The notes under the pieces were generated by a model. That model saw nothing but the letters and a program-made list of their open reading frames with translations. It was not told the DNA's origin and made no database searches. From positions 232,482 through 296,481 of the forward strand of contig RHPI01000732.1 in assembly GCA_009103225.1 (NCBI GenBank): a stretch of 64,000 nucleotides of DNA, in the 5' to 3' direction. This document shows positions 1-12,021 of this stretch, one piece after another. The stretch is from Chlorokybus atmophyticus (lineage: Eukaryota; Plantae; Mesostigma and Chlorokybus algae). How positions within the stretch are numbered: the first letter of the stretch is position 1; each line of letters starts with the position of its first letter. The translations under genes and the position numbers were made by a program.

Positions 1-1786
1 GGCAAAGAAGCATAGCGGGTCAGTGCTAAGTGGTTGGCCGGTGATGGGTGTGCAATGCATTGGATTGCCTGGCTATGAAGCTGAATTGCATGTGTGGTAG
101 TGTGTGGGATGGATCACGTGCAATGTCTGCATTCAGGGTAAACTCATCAACTGTTTGCCAATCAGACACATGCGCGTTGGAGCTTGCATTATACATCTTT
201 CTTCTGGAGAGCAGAGCAGTGTTGATGGGAAACGCCGCTATCCTCTTGCTAGCGTTGTAAAGACAGCACTGCTCGTAGAAGCTGCCAGGCAGCTGCAGCA
301 GTCACAGGTAATGCATGCGCGCCAATTCACATCTGTTGGAAGCAGTTCGTGCAATCATGAATGTTGCCAACCGACATGTATGCAGGCACGTGGATGGGGG
401 TTGTCATTGCGGACACCCATCACCATCACAGAGGATATCAAGTGCATTGGAGCAGGTACGTCGCATGCACAGTAATGTAGTATTTGCTGCTGCCAAGCGT
501 GCATAAGCTTGCATGCACTGTTTTTGACAAGGCAAGCCTTGGCTTGCAGGCAAATTGCAGAAGGCACGGCATGGCACTCCTATCACACTGGGCGAGTGCA
601 TAGAGTTGATGATTACGGTATCAGACAACACTGCCTCAGACCTTGTGCTGCGAGAAGTGCGCCTGCACAAAGTGCGACAGATGTGCAGAGACCTTGGCCT
701 GCACATGACAGACATCTACTTGTCCCAGCGTCAGGTATTGACAAAACAGTTGCATTGTTACAGAACTCATGCATGCTTGCATGTCAAGCTGTAAGCTGCT
801 TCTTTGTTCATGTTTTTGTGTGCATGCAGGCATATCTGGTAGCGCTTGGACGAGCCCCTGGGGCCAAGGGGCGCGGCTTCCTTGCGCGATGGCTGGGTAT
901 GTCTACAGGAGAGCGAATTGAGTTGGCAGAGGCTGCTGAGCGTGAGAACGCCGGGGTGCGCTTGAACGCTTTTCAGAACATGGAGAAGAACTCCTTCAAA
1001 GTCCAGAAGGTAGACACAGAAATGCGGAATGCAGGCATCTGTGATGCGCTTCCTATCTGCATGCATGATGTGAGCCTTAAACCTTCCATTGTTGCAGACC
1101 AGAAGTGCCACAGCACATCAGCATGACTTGGATTTGGTTGCTGCCATTGACAACCATGCATCTCCATACGATACGGCTCGCCTGCTGGAGCTTCTTGGAC
1201 AAAACAGGGTGCGTGGCCTCAACGGCGAGTGGAGCGAGTACTGCCTCGCTGTTCTTGGTCGCCAGAGGTAAGAGTGTGTTTGTGCTCACATAATGTGTGC
1301 CTATCAAAACCAAGCGTTATAGATATGGTTGTGCATGTTGGAGTCAGCCCTTGCCAACCGGGCAGTTGTGCAACAGGTATGGCAAGAGGAGGTTCTTGGC
1401 ACTGCTGCCAGCTGGTACTCCTATATACCACAAGACCGGCAGCATTTCTGGTGTGGTGAACGACGCAGGCATTATTGACATTGGATCGAAGGCGAATCGC
1501 GTGGCTGTGGCTGCCCTCATAAGCAATGTTCAGCATGTAAGCAGTTTCCTGAAGTTGTGCTTTGCATGTGCTTTACATTTGCACAGCAACAAACAACACG
1601 TATGATAATGCTGGGTAAACTTTTGCTGCGTTTACTGCTTTGACTGTCTAACATGGAGCTGCCCCTTTGTAGGGACGCGAAGCTGAGGCGGAGCAAGTCA
1701 TCGCAAGAATTGCCCGACTGGCATGGGAGGCTTACGCCCCGAGCCACCTGCGCGATGCACCCGCAGCATTTCCCATTGCAGCTTGA
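1..1786 (+). CDS. Class A serine beta-lactamase-fold / PBP-like serine hydrolase, spliced, 5' end outside window
   Basis: Phase-compatible GT-AG exons ~137/166-307, 561-734, 830-1009, 1098-1267, 1377-1536 and 1673-1786(TGA). They join RYPLASVVK (SxxK), ELMITVSDNTASD (SDN), IDNHASPYD and IYHKTGSISGVVNDAGII (KTG) in class A order. Confidence 0.88.
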
Positions 1787-2651
1787 ATTTGCAGCTGAAG
1801 CTGCAGCTGAAGTTCAAGTCCAAGTTTTGAGTAGCAAGCAGCAGGTCTCTGTGCGCTTTAAAGCGCAAGTCATCTGCTGCAGTTCGCCAGTTGACCTGCC
1901 GTGGTGGCCGGCGCGCAGGCTACCACCACGTACAGTTTTGTACCGTTGGTAGGGATGCGTTGCATTCAGTTGTGGGCTAGTGCAGGGTGGCATGTGTAGC
2001 ATTTCAACAACCCAGCGTTGTAAAGATCATCGAATACATGCTGACGTGAGGAGTTTCTCTGGTGTTCAACACGTTCACGATGGAAGTTGCGTGTGCCTGC
2101 TGAACAGCTTAGGCGAATACAGCACATGTTGGAGCACTGCAGCACAACTGCTTGAATCCAGGTTAGGCCTTAATAACGGCAAAGGCACGCAAGTACTTTG
2201 TCAAAGCAAGGCAGCAGACAGTGCATAGCAACTGAGTTAAATATACGCAATCGTCAGTGGCAAGCAAGCCCGTCGGCACTCTCACATATTTTCTCTTAGT
2301 GACTCCCTATCCCTACTTGACAGCTACCACTCATTGTGAGCTGTGCCTCATGCATCAACCTTGTCAGCAGTTGCCATAGGTCGCTGTGTCCGAAGCTGCC
2401 ATTGCATTTTGCTCACAGTCGCAAAGCCTATCGGCGCGTGAACTCCACAGCCATAGGCACTTCCCTAGCGATCGTACCTATGCTTGCCTACCTTGTGTGT
2501 TAAACAGAATGCATGGATTGTCAAGCAATTGGCCGCATTCTTGGAAGCTGGCCTACATCACAAAAACTACTTGCTGCACAGCACTACCAGCTTTTGATGT
2601 CGGTCCAATGCAACATCTCTGGCAAAGCAGTGTGCACGCAGAGCTGTGTCA

Positions 2652-5600
2652 TTATGAAGGCGTGAACGATGCTTTTGTCAGCAACTGGTCTACAGCAATG
2701 CAGCACTCACACGTCCTGGCAGCAAGCAACTCCTCATCATGGCGGTAATGGTTGATGCAATGATATACTCGTAGCTCCTCGTTACATTGCACAGACTTTC
2801 GCCGTCCCGGTTTTGTGGCCGTGTTAGCGGTTGCTGAGTCCACTCGGCACTTGCTGACAATGCTTCCTACCTGTCATCAGATCAGCATATCCGCCACACA
2901 CACAACTTCATACTCTCCTGTCAAGACCAAGACCGTCGTGACAACGTACCGGATTGCTCACACTTAAGTGGTTGGAGCAGAAGATATCATCACGCCCGAC
3001 TTCAAAGTTCTTGACGGCCGTCTCATTGATGCGGTAGTACCAACGCACCACCATGAGCGGTTCATCTCCCTCCATGTACAACTTTTCCAAGCGCGCGACA
3101 TAAGGCGTCGTCCCTTCATCAGGCTCCAGCTGCTTGCACAAAACCGTTACATGTTCATAGGCATGAAAGCAGACACAAAAATCACAAGGTAGTCCTTATA
3201 TAGCGATGCTTACCTCAATGTTGTTCCCAATCTCATAGCATTGGTTGTCATGGCTTATGGCCCTGTAGAACAACCTTCCGTACTTGTGCACGCCGCCACC
3301 AATCCAGCTCCAACTATCATTGCAGCTGTCACTGGCGGTGTTCGCTGCTGCTTTCCGCGTGGCCCCGCGCTTTGAGACCGGTTCATGTTGCCTGCCACTT
3401 GGGCCAGGTGCATCATCATCACAATCACTATCATTGTCACGGCCACGCTTATGTGTCACCCGGCCCGACTGCCTTCTCTTTGGCATGTGTCCGCCCTTGT
3501 GTTGTTGTGCCTGCGCGCCGGACTCCTCTTTGGCATCAGAAGCCGCGCGTGGGGCCGAATCCCTTTTCTTCGGTTCCGATGTGTGTCTCTCTTTTTTGCC
3601 TTTCACGCCGTCGCCAAGCTCGATCGTGTAAGGCAACGTGTCCACACGTCTTCCGGCGTGCAAAGACTCCACCAGCCAGTTCGACGTGACCACAGGCACG
3701 TCTAACGTGGCGGCGTGTTGGCGCACGAGGGGATGGAGCTTGTGGACATCCAGTTTGGCGTCGATCACGACAGCGTTGCAGGCGGGAGGGTTGTTCTCCA
3801 ACCGCGCGTGTATCTCAAGCTGCGTGATCTTCGCGCCGGCGTGTTTGACCACAAAAGGGAGATACTTCTGCCATGTGGGGGAACCTTTCACAAGCAGGTG
3901 CACGCCTTGAAACACCGGCGGGGAAGACGCAAGCGTGCCGCGCATCTGTAAGGACAGTATGCACGTAAACACAAGCATACGACAATGCAATTGAAAACAA
4001 GCACACACATAAGCATACAAAAGACCACAGACAAATATACACTAATAAAGCACATACGTGCGCACTCAACGCTCAACGCTCACACACGCCCACAATGTGT
4101 ACCTGCTGCGCACATGTTGTCCCGCTGCTCGGCTTGGACCTGTACTGTTGTACTGGCACCAACCTGCCCTTCGCCACGCACACATCGACCCAGGCGGGTT
4201 GCACCGGCGGCACGCCGAGCGCGTACCCGAGCAGGCACGGTGCCGAGCGGTCGTGTTGTTGGGCCGTCACGACCACGACGGACATGCAGCGGCCTTTCGC
4301 GCGCTCGCCCTGCTGCACGCGCACGTCCAACACGCAGCCAACCACAGAACCCTTCAGCTTGTGGATTATAGTGGCTAGCCTCTTCTTGTGCTCCTGCTGG
4401 TCGTCCCTAAAGCCGTCCAGCAGAAACTGCATGCCTGCAATGCCAACAAGCAGTGTGTGTGCTTGCGTAGGTAGGGCGCGTGCATGAGAAAGCATATGTC
4501 CATGCCCACACATCCGAGTGCGTGCATGCGTGTGTGCGTGTGCACGCATGTCTCCACATGCGGACCTGAGAACAACTCCGCAGCATTGCGCGGCTTCGTA
4601 GCCAATGCATCGCACATTGCTCGCTGTGGCGCAGCAGCTCGCGCGAGTTTGCTCGGCAGTTCTCTGCTACAGAGCTTCTCCGCTGCCGGCTTCTTTGTTA
4701 CCGGCCTTGCGGGCGCGTTGGCACCCTTTGTTGGTGGAACTGTTGCCTGGACTTCAACAGGCTTTCTGTTGGTTGGATTGAGCCTTGGCCTCGACGGCGC
4801 AGGCGTATCGTTTGGCGCTGGTGGCATTGCACGCGAGGCTGCACGCTGTTTTACCACTGCTGCAGCCATGCTCTCCTTCAAGCGCTTGCCAGCAGTCGCA
4901 TCTGCAAAGGACCAAAAACAACAAGTCTTCCACACGGACCGACTATCATCACACAACCCAACATACGCCTGTGACGCATGTATGCACACGCCCCCGCATG
5001 CATACCGCATGCATACCGTTGGCGTGGTCATTGACGCGGGTGCGCTTATGCCCCTTTTTCATAAAATCACAGCGCGCATCACCCTTTGCCGTCCGCCTCG
5101 CATCATCATCATCCACGCGTTGTCGCAGCATCGCCGCTCTAGCTATGCAATTCATGCCTTGCGCAAACTCCGCAGCCTTGCGCTTGGCCGGGCGGTTGCT
5201 GGGAACGTCGTGTCGATGCGGGACAACGTGCGGCGGGGAGGGCACCTTTGTTGCTCTGTTGGGCTTACTGGCGACGTGAGGCGCGGGCTCAACCTCGGAG
5301 CTTATAATGCGCGCGCAGGACTTGCGTCGCCTCACGTTCACCCACACGGGCTCGCTTGCACGGCCGCTGTCCGCCTCCATGCCTGCATCCTGCGTGAGAC
5401 TAACCCATGAGACACTTGCATAGTGCCAGAGAACCACTATGTGGGTATACATAACCTCACCATTGTCTCTGATGCAACTTTTGCAAACAGATTGCAAAAA
5501 GCTTGTCTGAAACTGAAGCAATACCAACGCTGCATGTGTGCATATGTGTATGTTGCTGTTATGTGTGCCTGCAGCGTGCAACAGACTAATGGATGAGACC

Positions 5601-8600
5601 CTTACTGATACCGACTCATCATTCTGTATATGTGTTTGTGTGTATTTTGCTCACCACTTCCTTCTGTGGTGTCCGATCTATGGTGCCAGACCCCGATCGC
5701 ATGTCTTCCGCCACATCCGCACTCTCGGCGGGAAGCATCACATGTGGCTCGGGTGGCGCCGTCTGATTGCATCCAGGAGGCATTTGCGTATTCATCTGCG
5801 TGTCGGGAGCACCGACAGCGGCACCATTATGCTGGAGCGAATCAGTGGCAAGTACTGTGGGCCCGCCTTGGCAACGTGTCGGTGAAGTTGTGGATGGCAG
5901 TGTTTGCTTGATGGGGTGTTGTTGCGGTGAGGCCGGCAAAGATGAGACTGCGAGCGGTTGCGTTGGATGAGATGGCGGGAGAGTGGATGGTATTGCCTGT
6001 TGCGATGATGCAGCTGCGGATGCGTTGGCGTTGGTATGATGACCGTCTTGCTGTGATGGCAGCTGAGGGTATGTCGACGGAATGATTGAGTACACCGTGT
6101 CTAACCCACACAATCCAACGGTCATGTTGCAATTTGAAACAAGACACACCACGGACGCAACACGTGTGTAACCTACCTTTGGGTGTGAGGCGTGCTGGCG
6201 AGCACGTGGTGGCCATCACGTGTGCGTTGACTAGCGCATTCACAAGCTCGAGTCCTCCTTGTTGGGATTGTTGGGATTGTGTCTCCGAGCCAAACACACC
6301 CGCAGGACGCGGATTGTGCCTGCGCACCGTCTCCCCAACCCTGCCTGGCATGTCCTCACGCTCGGGAACCGTTGGCTGCACAAACACAAAACCGTCAGCA
6401 CTTTTGCAATGTACCAACAACTCCTCAAACCCTCCTTAGATCCACATACATAGGTGATTGAGAACAGCCATGTTAGCAGTCTTCCAATGTAACAATAAAT
6501 CCCCAAACCCACATGCAAAATAACTACCGAGGATGCTTTACCCGCACAGGTGCGCTCCAGCCGCCTATCCATCGGCTTGCAAAAGCAGAAGGCACGGGCC
6601 TGTTGTTGTTGTTGTTGTTGTTGTTGCACACGCTCGCACCTTTGTGATTTGCACAAGCAGCCTGCGAGTTGACGTGTTCGCGCGAATGTGCGTGCGATTG
6701 TCTGTGTGACTCGAGTTCCCGAGCTGGAGAGAAGCAGATTTCCGTGTCTTCTTCCATATTGGCAACCGCAACTGTTGGCTCGTCATTCTTGTGCGTATTG
6801 TTGTGTATTTGTGCGTGTGGAGGTGGCAATGGATAAGAACATGGAGGTGGAGGCAAGGGTGGAGGTGACTGTACGTAAGACTGGCGCAAATGTTGGCTTC
6901 GCTCTTGTTGTGGAGTTGCGGCTTCGGCGTTGTTGGTCGGTGAAGGTTGCTCTCTGCTGTAAACTTCACACAAACTGACATGTCAGTGTGGTACAAACAA
7001 GTGTATGGCGCACAACACTTGTTGCCAGCAGCTTACCGGCAGGGATGTTGTTGTTGTTTTTGTTGTTGCAAATTGCACGCTCAGATAGCCGTGGTTGAAA
7101 TCTTGCAGGTGCGCTTTCAAGATGAAGGTCCTGCACATATAACATATATATGTATGTGTATGTTGGGTTGCGTGCGTGCAACAACTTGAGTGCCCAGCAT
7201 ATGACCGACTTAATCACCTCTGTTTGTTCAGTCGCTATGCTAGCTGCAGCAAGCAGTATTGCCGAGCTGCGCGCAAACTCTGGTGAGGCCACCTCAATGA
7301 CAACCGTCTGCTCGCTGTCAACATGTGCATTGCAAACAGCAAGCGCGCCGGCGGCAAGCGCCTTCGAATCGCTGAGAGCACGTGCTTGGTCCTCAATATC
7401 TGCTGCAACAGCCTGTGCCACCAACAAAGGACAATAAGGAGCAGCAACAAGGACAATAACATACCTCTCACACCCTACGCACAACAACACACAACACCTG
7501 TGGCTGTTGCACAACAGTTGAAGGCTGCCTGTCAGTGTGGCAGTCCTCAAGTTGTCGAGGTTGTTGTTGTGGCGGCTCCGCAACAGCAACAACTTCAGTC
7601 TCTTGATACTCCGTTCGTGCGTGCACGGCCACAACCTCAGTGTCCTGAACCTCTGTGTTGTCGCACGCTGCCACAGCCTCAGTGTCTTGAAGCTCAGTGG
7701 CTGTATGCTCTTTAATAATGGGTTGAGCGGTGTGTTCTGCTGGCTGATGCTCGGGTAAAGCAATACTCAAATGCTCAGCATGCGCGCTGCTGCATGCAGG
7801 AATGCTGTTGTCTTGTTGTTGTTGTTGTTGTTGTTGCTGCTGCTGCTGCTGCTGTTGTGGTGGCTGTGGTGGCTGTTGTGGCTGCTGTGGCTGTGGCTGT
7901 GGCTGTGGTTGTGGTTGTGGTTGTGGTTGTGGTTGTGGTTGTGGTTGTGGTTGTGGTTGTGGTTGTGGTTGTGGTTGTGGTTGTGGTTGTGATTGTGGTT
8001 GTAGTTGTGGTTGTGGTTGTGGTTGTGTGATACTAAAAGCTGCTCGCCGCTCCTGAACTTCGGACTCCGTGAAGAAGTACTCGTCCGTGTCCATGCTACC
8101 AACCTCAACGCACGCGTCCTCTACGGACGCCTGAGATGCGGGACGCTCTGCAGCAACAATGTGTGCGTGTGCCTTTGCGTGTGTGCACGCACACACACGC
8201 GCATGTACAACCGTATGGGCGTATGTATGCCTGTGTGTGTATGTGCGCACGCGTAAACTGTTTGAGACAGTAACAGGTAAGCATTCATACCTAGTAGGAA
8301 GTCATCAAGGCCCATGCTTTGCCGTGCGAGCGTAAGCTTTTGGCATATGAGCTGAGCCGTGTCATTGACAGAAAGGCCTTTGTACCCCTCATCGCCGATG
8401 ACGAGCGAGAGCGCGACCGCTTCCGCTGCCGTGACAGCATACCCCAACGCGACCTCAAACTGCTCATCCACATCAACACCATCCGTCTCCGTGTACTCGC
8501 TGGCCTCTGTATACGTGCCCTCTGTGTACACGCCATCCGCTGGCGCTGATTGACCCCGCAGCGTGGCAATCCTGTCCTGAGGAAAAAGCCTCGCTGGCTG

Positions 8601-9606
8601 CGAGTGAGCTTGATGACGCACAAGCTGCGGCCGCCGTGGAGACATGATGATGGCTCTTGGCATCGGGCTCTTGCTTGTGGGTGGTGGCGGTGGCTCTTCG
8701 GGCTCCTGCACAACTCAGTTGTTGAATGTGCATGCTGCCGTCGTGTATGTGTGTATAGCATGTGTATGTATATACGTGCGGCCTTGCTAATGCTCACCAT
8801 GCACCATTGTGTTTCTTGAGTAAGGAGCAGCTGCAGTGGTGGTATGCCATCGTCACTGTCGAGTTGTGCCTAACAATGATGTGCTTGTCAACACCGCATG
8901 AATGTTATGTAAACTGCACATTCATGTTAGATGCGTGAAGAGGGTTGTGCTTCGCAAACCTGGGCATGAGTTGCAATGGCGACTTGGGAATGGCGCACTA
9001 TTGCTGGGTGGTGCAGGGCAGTATCCTGGCCTGGAAATGATGGGTAATGTAAGTGCTTTGAGTGCATACGCACGCGCACAAGTGCGCATAAGTATGTGAA
9101 CACGCGTGTGCGCACACAGCCACGCAAGCATGCGCACATACATGCATTCATCCACACGAACGCATGCTGACAGATCATGCGTAGCTGCTGTAAAATTAGA
9201 TAGCCAACACACCGTCTTGAGCATCAAGTCAAAGTCACACGACTGTTATGTTATGCACAATCGACACTGACACTAGCTGACTTGACTGCAGCAGCTAGAT
9301 TCAGCACTGAAACGCAACTGGCGAGCGGCAACTTGAAGCTTTCCTGTGTGCACAAGACTTCTCGGGAGAGTGCTGCAGCTGATTGTACGTATGACAACAA
9401 GCAGCCGCAACGGTTGTGTCCACACGACAAGACAATGGACTCTTGTCACAGCATATATGCTTGCGACTTCAAGTTATATAGTAACAATCACTGTAATGAG
9501 TGAAAATACTTGCAAGTAAATCACGTGAAGGCTGTAAGCTATGTGGTGTTCACCGCCGCCTCCGCCACGCACCTGCCACGCCCTGGTGCCGGCCATCCCC
9601 CGCCAT
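2652..9606 (-). CDS. Large low-complexity nuclear protein with C-terminal tandem BRCT repeats followed by a BAH domain
   Basis: BRCT1 at ~4430-4100 (FLLDG...LGVPPVQPAWVDVC) and BRCT2 at ~3945-3620 (VFQGVHLLV...PVVTSNWLVESL). BAH-like exons at 3310-2711 (WIGG..FYRAI..YEIGNNIEV; PYVARLEKLY..VVRWYYR..DIFCSNH; SIVSKCRV). Upstream Q/P/S/T-rich exons lie at 4550-8880. Their linkage, the ATG at 9606 and the stop are inferred. Confidence 0.7.
7808..8027 (-). repeat. Coding microsatellite: (CAA/CAG)n poly-Q plus (CAACCA/CAGCCA)n poly-QP
   Basis: Plus strand shows (ttg/ctg)n followed by more than 20 copies of tgtggt/tgtggc. It reads QPQPQP...QQQQ in the minus-strand exon. Confidence 0.95.
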
Positions 9607-9784
9607 GCACCGCCCTCATCAGTCCACCATAAAGCACGCAGCACCAGCACAGAATTGACATACACTCAAACCCTCAGCCACATATCCCTCAACGCCAACG
9701 TCCTCGCCGTCTCCCCCTCCTCCTCCTCCTCCACCACCGCCAACGCCACCACCGTCGTCGCCGCCTCCGCCTGATTTTTAAAGG

Positions 9785-9793
9785 TTAGGGTTT
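9785..9793 (-). promoter_or_regulatory. Telo-box (AAACCCTAA) between divergent BRCT-BAH and GT8 genes
   Basis: Exact TTAGGGTTT on the plus strand. The telo-box is a known plant promoter element. Confidence 0.5.
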
Positions 9794-9945
9794 CCCGCCA
9801 ATCTTTTTATCCGCCGATATCGACAGTTTGCCAATATCAGCACAACGGCGCCAAGCCACTGATATCGAGTTGTGGCTGGCATCACGTGACGTTGCTGGCA
9901 ACCGTCGTGGCAGCGGCGGCGGCGGCCGTGACGTGGTCGTTGGCG

Positions 9946-11683
9946 ATGGCGTCGTCAAGGGTGATGGGATCATCACCAAGCTGCGTGTTGGTGTTAATGT
10001 TACTGGTCTGCTCTGTAGCTGTGGATGCGCTGAAGCTCGAGCCGTACATTCCCAGCCTGTTCAGCGGTTCCGGCGTGACCAGGCCGCTGCTGAAGGGGCA
10101 GAAGCCTCCCAAGGGCGGCGATAAGAAGGCCAAGGAGGAGTACATGAGGGAGATTGTGTGCAGCGACGAGCTCAAGAACAAGGCAGCCGCCGTCGACCAG
10201 TGCTTTGGAACGGGCAAAGACTGGGTCAGGGAGTGCCCTGGAAACACCGCACATGAAGCGGACTTTGACACCACATCAGTCCTCACTGGAGGGCCGACAG
10301 GTATGATTAATTGTCGTCGTCGTCTGCGTCGTCATTGCTGTCGTGGATGCTTTTTGTTGTTACTGTTGCAGTTGCTGCTGCTGCTGCCGTTGCATTTGTT
10401 GCTGTTTCTGTCTTGTACTTTTGTTGTTTTGGTTGTCAACTGACTTGTCGTTGTTACAATGCAAAGGCAATGGTCGCTGCAGTATCTGTCGATGTAAGTC
10501 AGAAGGCATCACTAGCACATGCCTGCATGTAACTGTGCACCAACTTGTGTCAAAGCTAAGTCAAACTACGTCAGAGCTAGTGCTGGGTAACAGTAGTAGA
10601 GGGCGAGTATGAGGTTGACACATGCGCAATGCACTTACACCACTATGTAACAGGGTGTACAGAGGCGTGGGCGACGGTGGTTGCGGATGACGTGTACCTT
10701 CCTGGAGCGTTAGTGTTGGTGCACACGCTGAGGAGGCACAGCACGAACGCGCGCGACATCATTGTGATAGCGTCCTCGAGGGTGTCAAAGGCCACATTGG
10801 ACGCGCTGGCAAAAGAGTGCGTGATAGTAATCGTGTCAGACCCGTCGAGCAACGCGCAGGCGACCGATCTCGCTGCCGTCAATGCCCGATATCAATCTGG
10901 CTACTGGCTTCTGAAGATGTTAGTGTGGAGGTTGAGGGAGTACTCCCGCGTGGTGTACCTTGACGCCGATATCTACGTCCGTCAGGACGCAGACGCCCTC
11001 TTCTGCACGGATATCTCCCCAACCACACCAATATCCGTCACGCCGCGCTCGGCCACGGAGGCCGCATCGGGCTTCAACGCGGGGATGTTTGTCTTCGCTC
11101 CAAGCAACATCGAGTTCCGAGCTATTCTTACAAGCTTTGAGGCGCTGAGCGAGAGCGAGCTCGCAGCCACGACCGAGCAAGACTTTCTCAACAAGCACTT
11201 CAAGGGGAGGTATATACACAAAAACAGCAAAGCTCCTTGTGCCATGCACAGCATGTTAACACAGAAAAACACACACATGCTCTCACTCATTCACACTCAC
11301 ATCACCGTACTCACAGGTATAGTGTCGTACCTTTGGACTTCATAATGAAGCATCGGCGCATGGTGAGGACTCCCGAGGCATGGGACCTCGCCCGCGTCAA
11401 GGGGTACCACATGAACGGGGCGCCCAAGCCGTGGAACCCCACGTGGCGGACGGCGTGCGCGTACCCGGGAGGACACGGGAAGCGCGTGCGTGACTACGAG
11501 GCCTTCTTCGTAGAGTGGTGGTACTACTACTACGACATGCTTGGTGAGGTTCTCCCCCTCGACACCGCCCAATTCAAGCTCCGGCCCGAACACGACCCCA
11601 CACGGTCGTGGGAAACGTGGAATGAGGATGAGTTTGTAAGGACACGTTGCCAAGGCTCTGCTGATGAGCGCAGGCGCAGATGA
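9946..11683 (+). CDS. Glycosyltransferase family 8 (glycogenin/PGSIP-like) with N-terminal signal or anchor
   Basis: Exons 9946-10300, 10654-11209 and 11317-11683. Motifs: AWATVVADDVYLPGALVL, YLDADIYV (DxD), FNAGMFVFAPS, EQDFLN and HMNGAPKPW. The N-terminus is hydrophobic (VLVLMLLVCSVAVDA). Confidence 0.9.
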
Positions 11684-12021
11684 TGTCACCACTGTACACA
11701 TGTTGAACATTTCTACAATAACAATTTCTCATACCCACGACCCCGCACCCACAATCAGGCACTGCACACATAGCGCAATAACATGGTAACAACATGTGCA
11801 GTTCATGTGCTTGCGAGCATCTGACATGTGACTGGACAGAAGGGTTCATATAACAGTCACTGGTCACAGCCGGCTCTCAACGTAACACAGAAAATCGTAC
11901 CAATGAAGGCTGTGTGATTCACATTTACCACAAGAGCAAGGACTTGTTTCAGGTGAGACACTTTACAGGGTCCACATAGCTGGACATACTATGTATATAG
12001 CAAAGTGCTGTCGCACTGGTG

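Noticed and set aside
1-1786. Bacterial contamination as the source of the beta-lactamase-like gene
   Set aside because: It has five phase-compatible GT-AG introns in the same style as neighbouring genes.
7767-8108. ORFs reading poly-HN, poly-CG, poly-LW and poly-V
   Set aside because: These are shadow frames of the coding QP/Q microsatellite.
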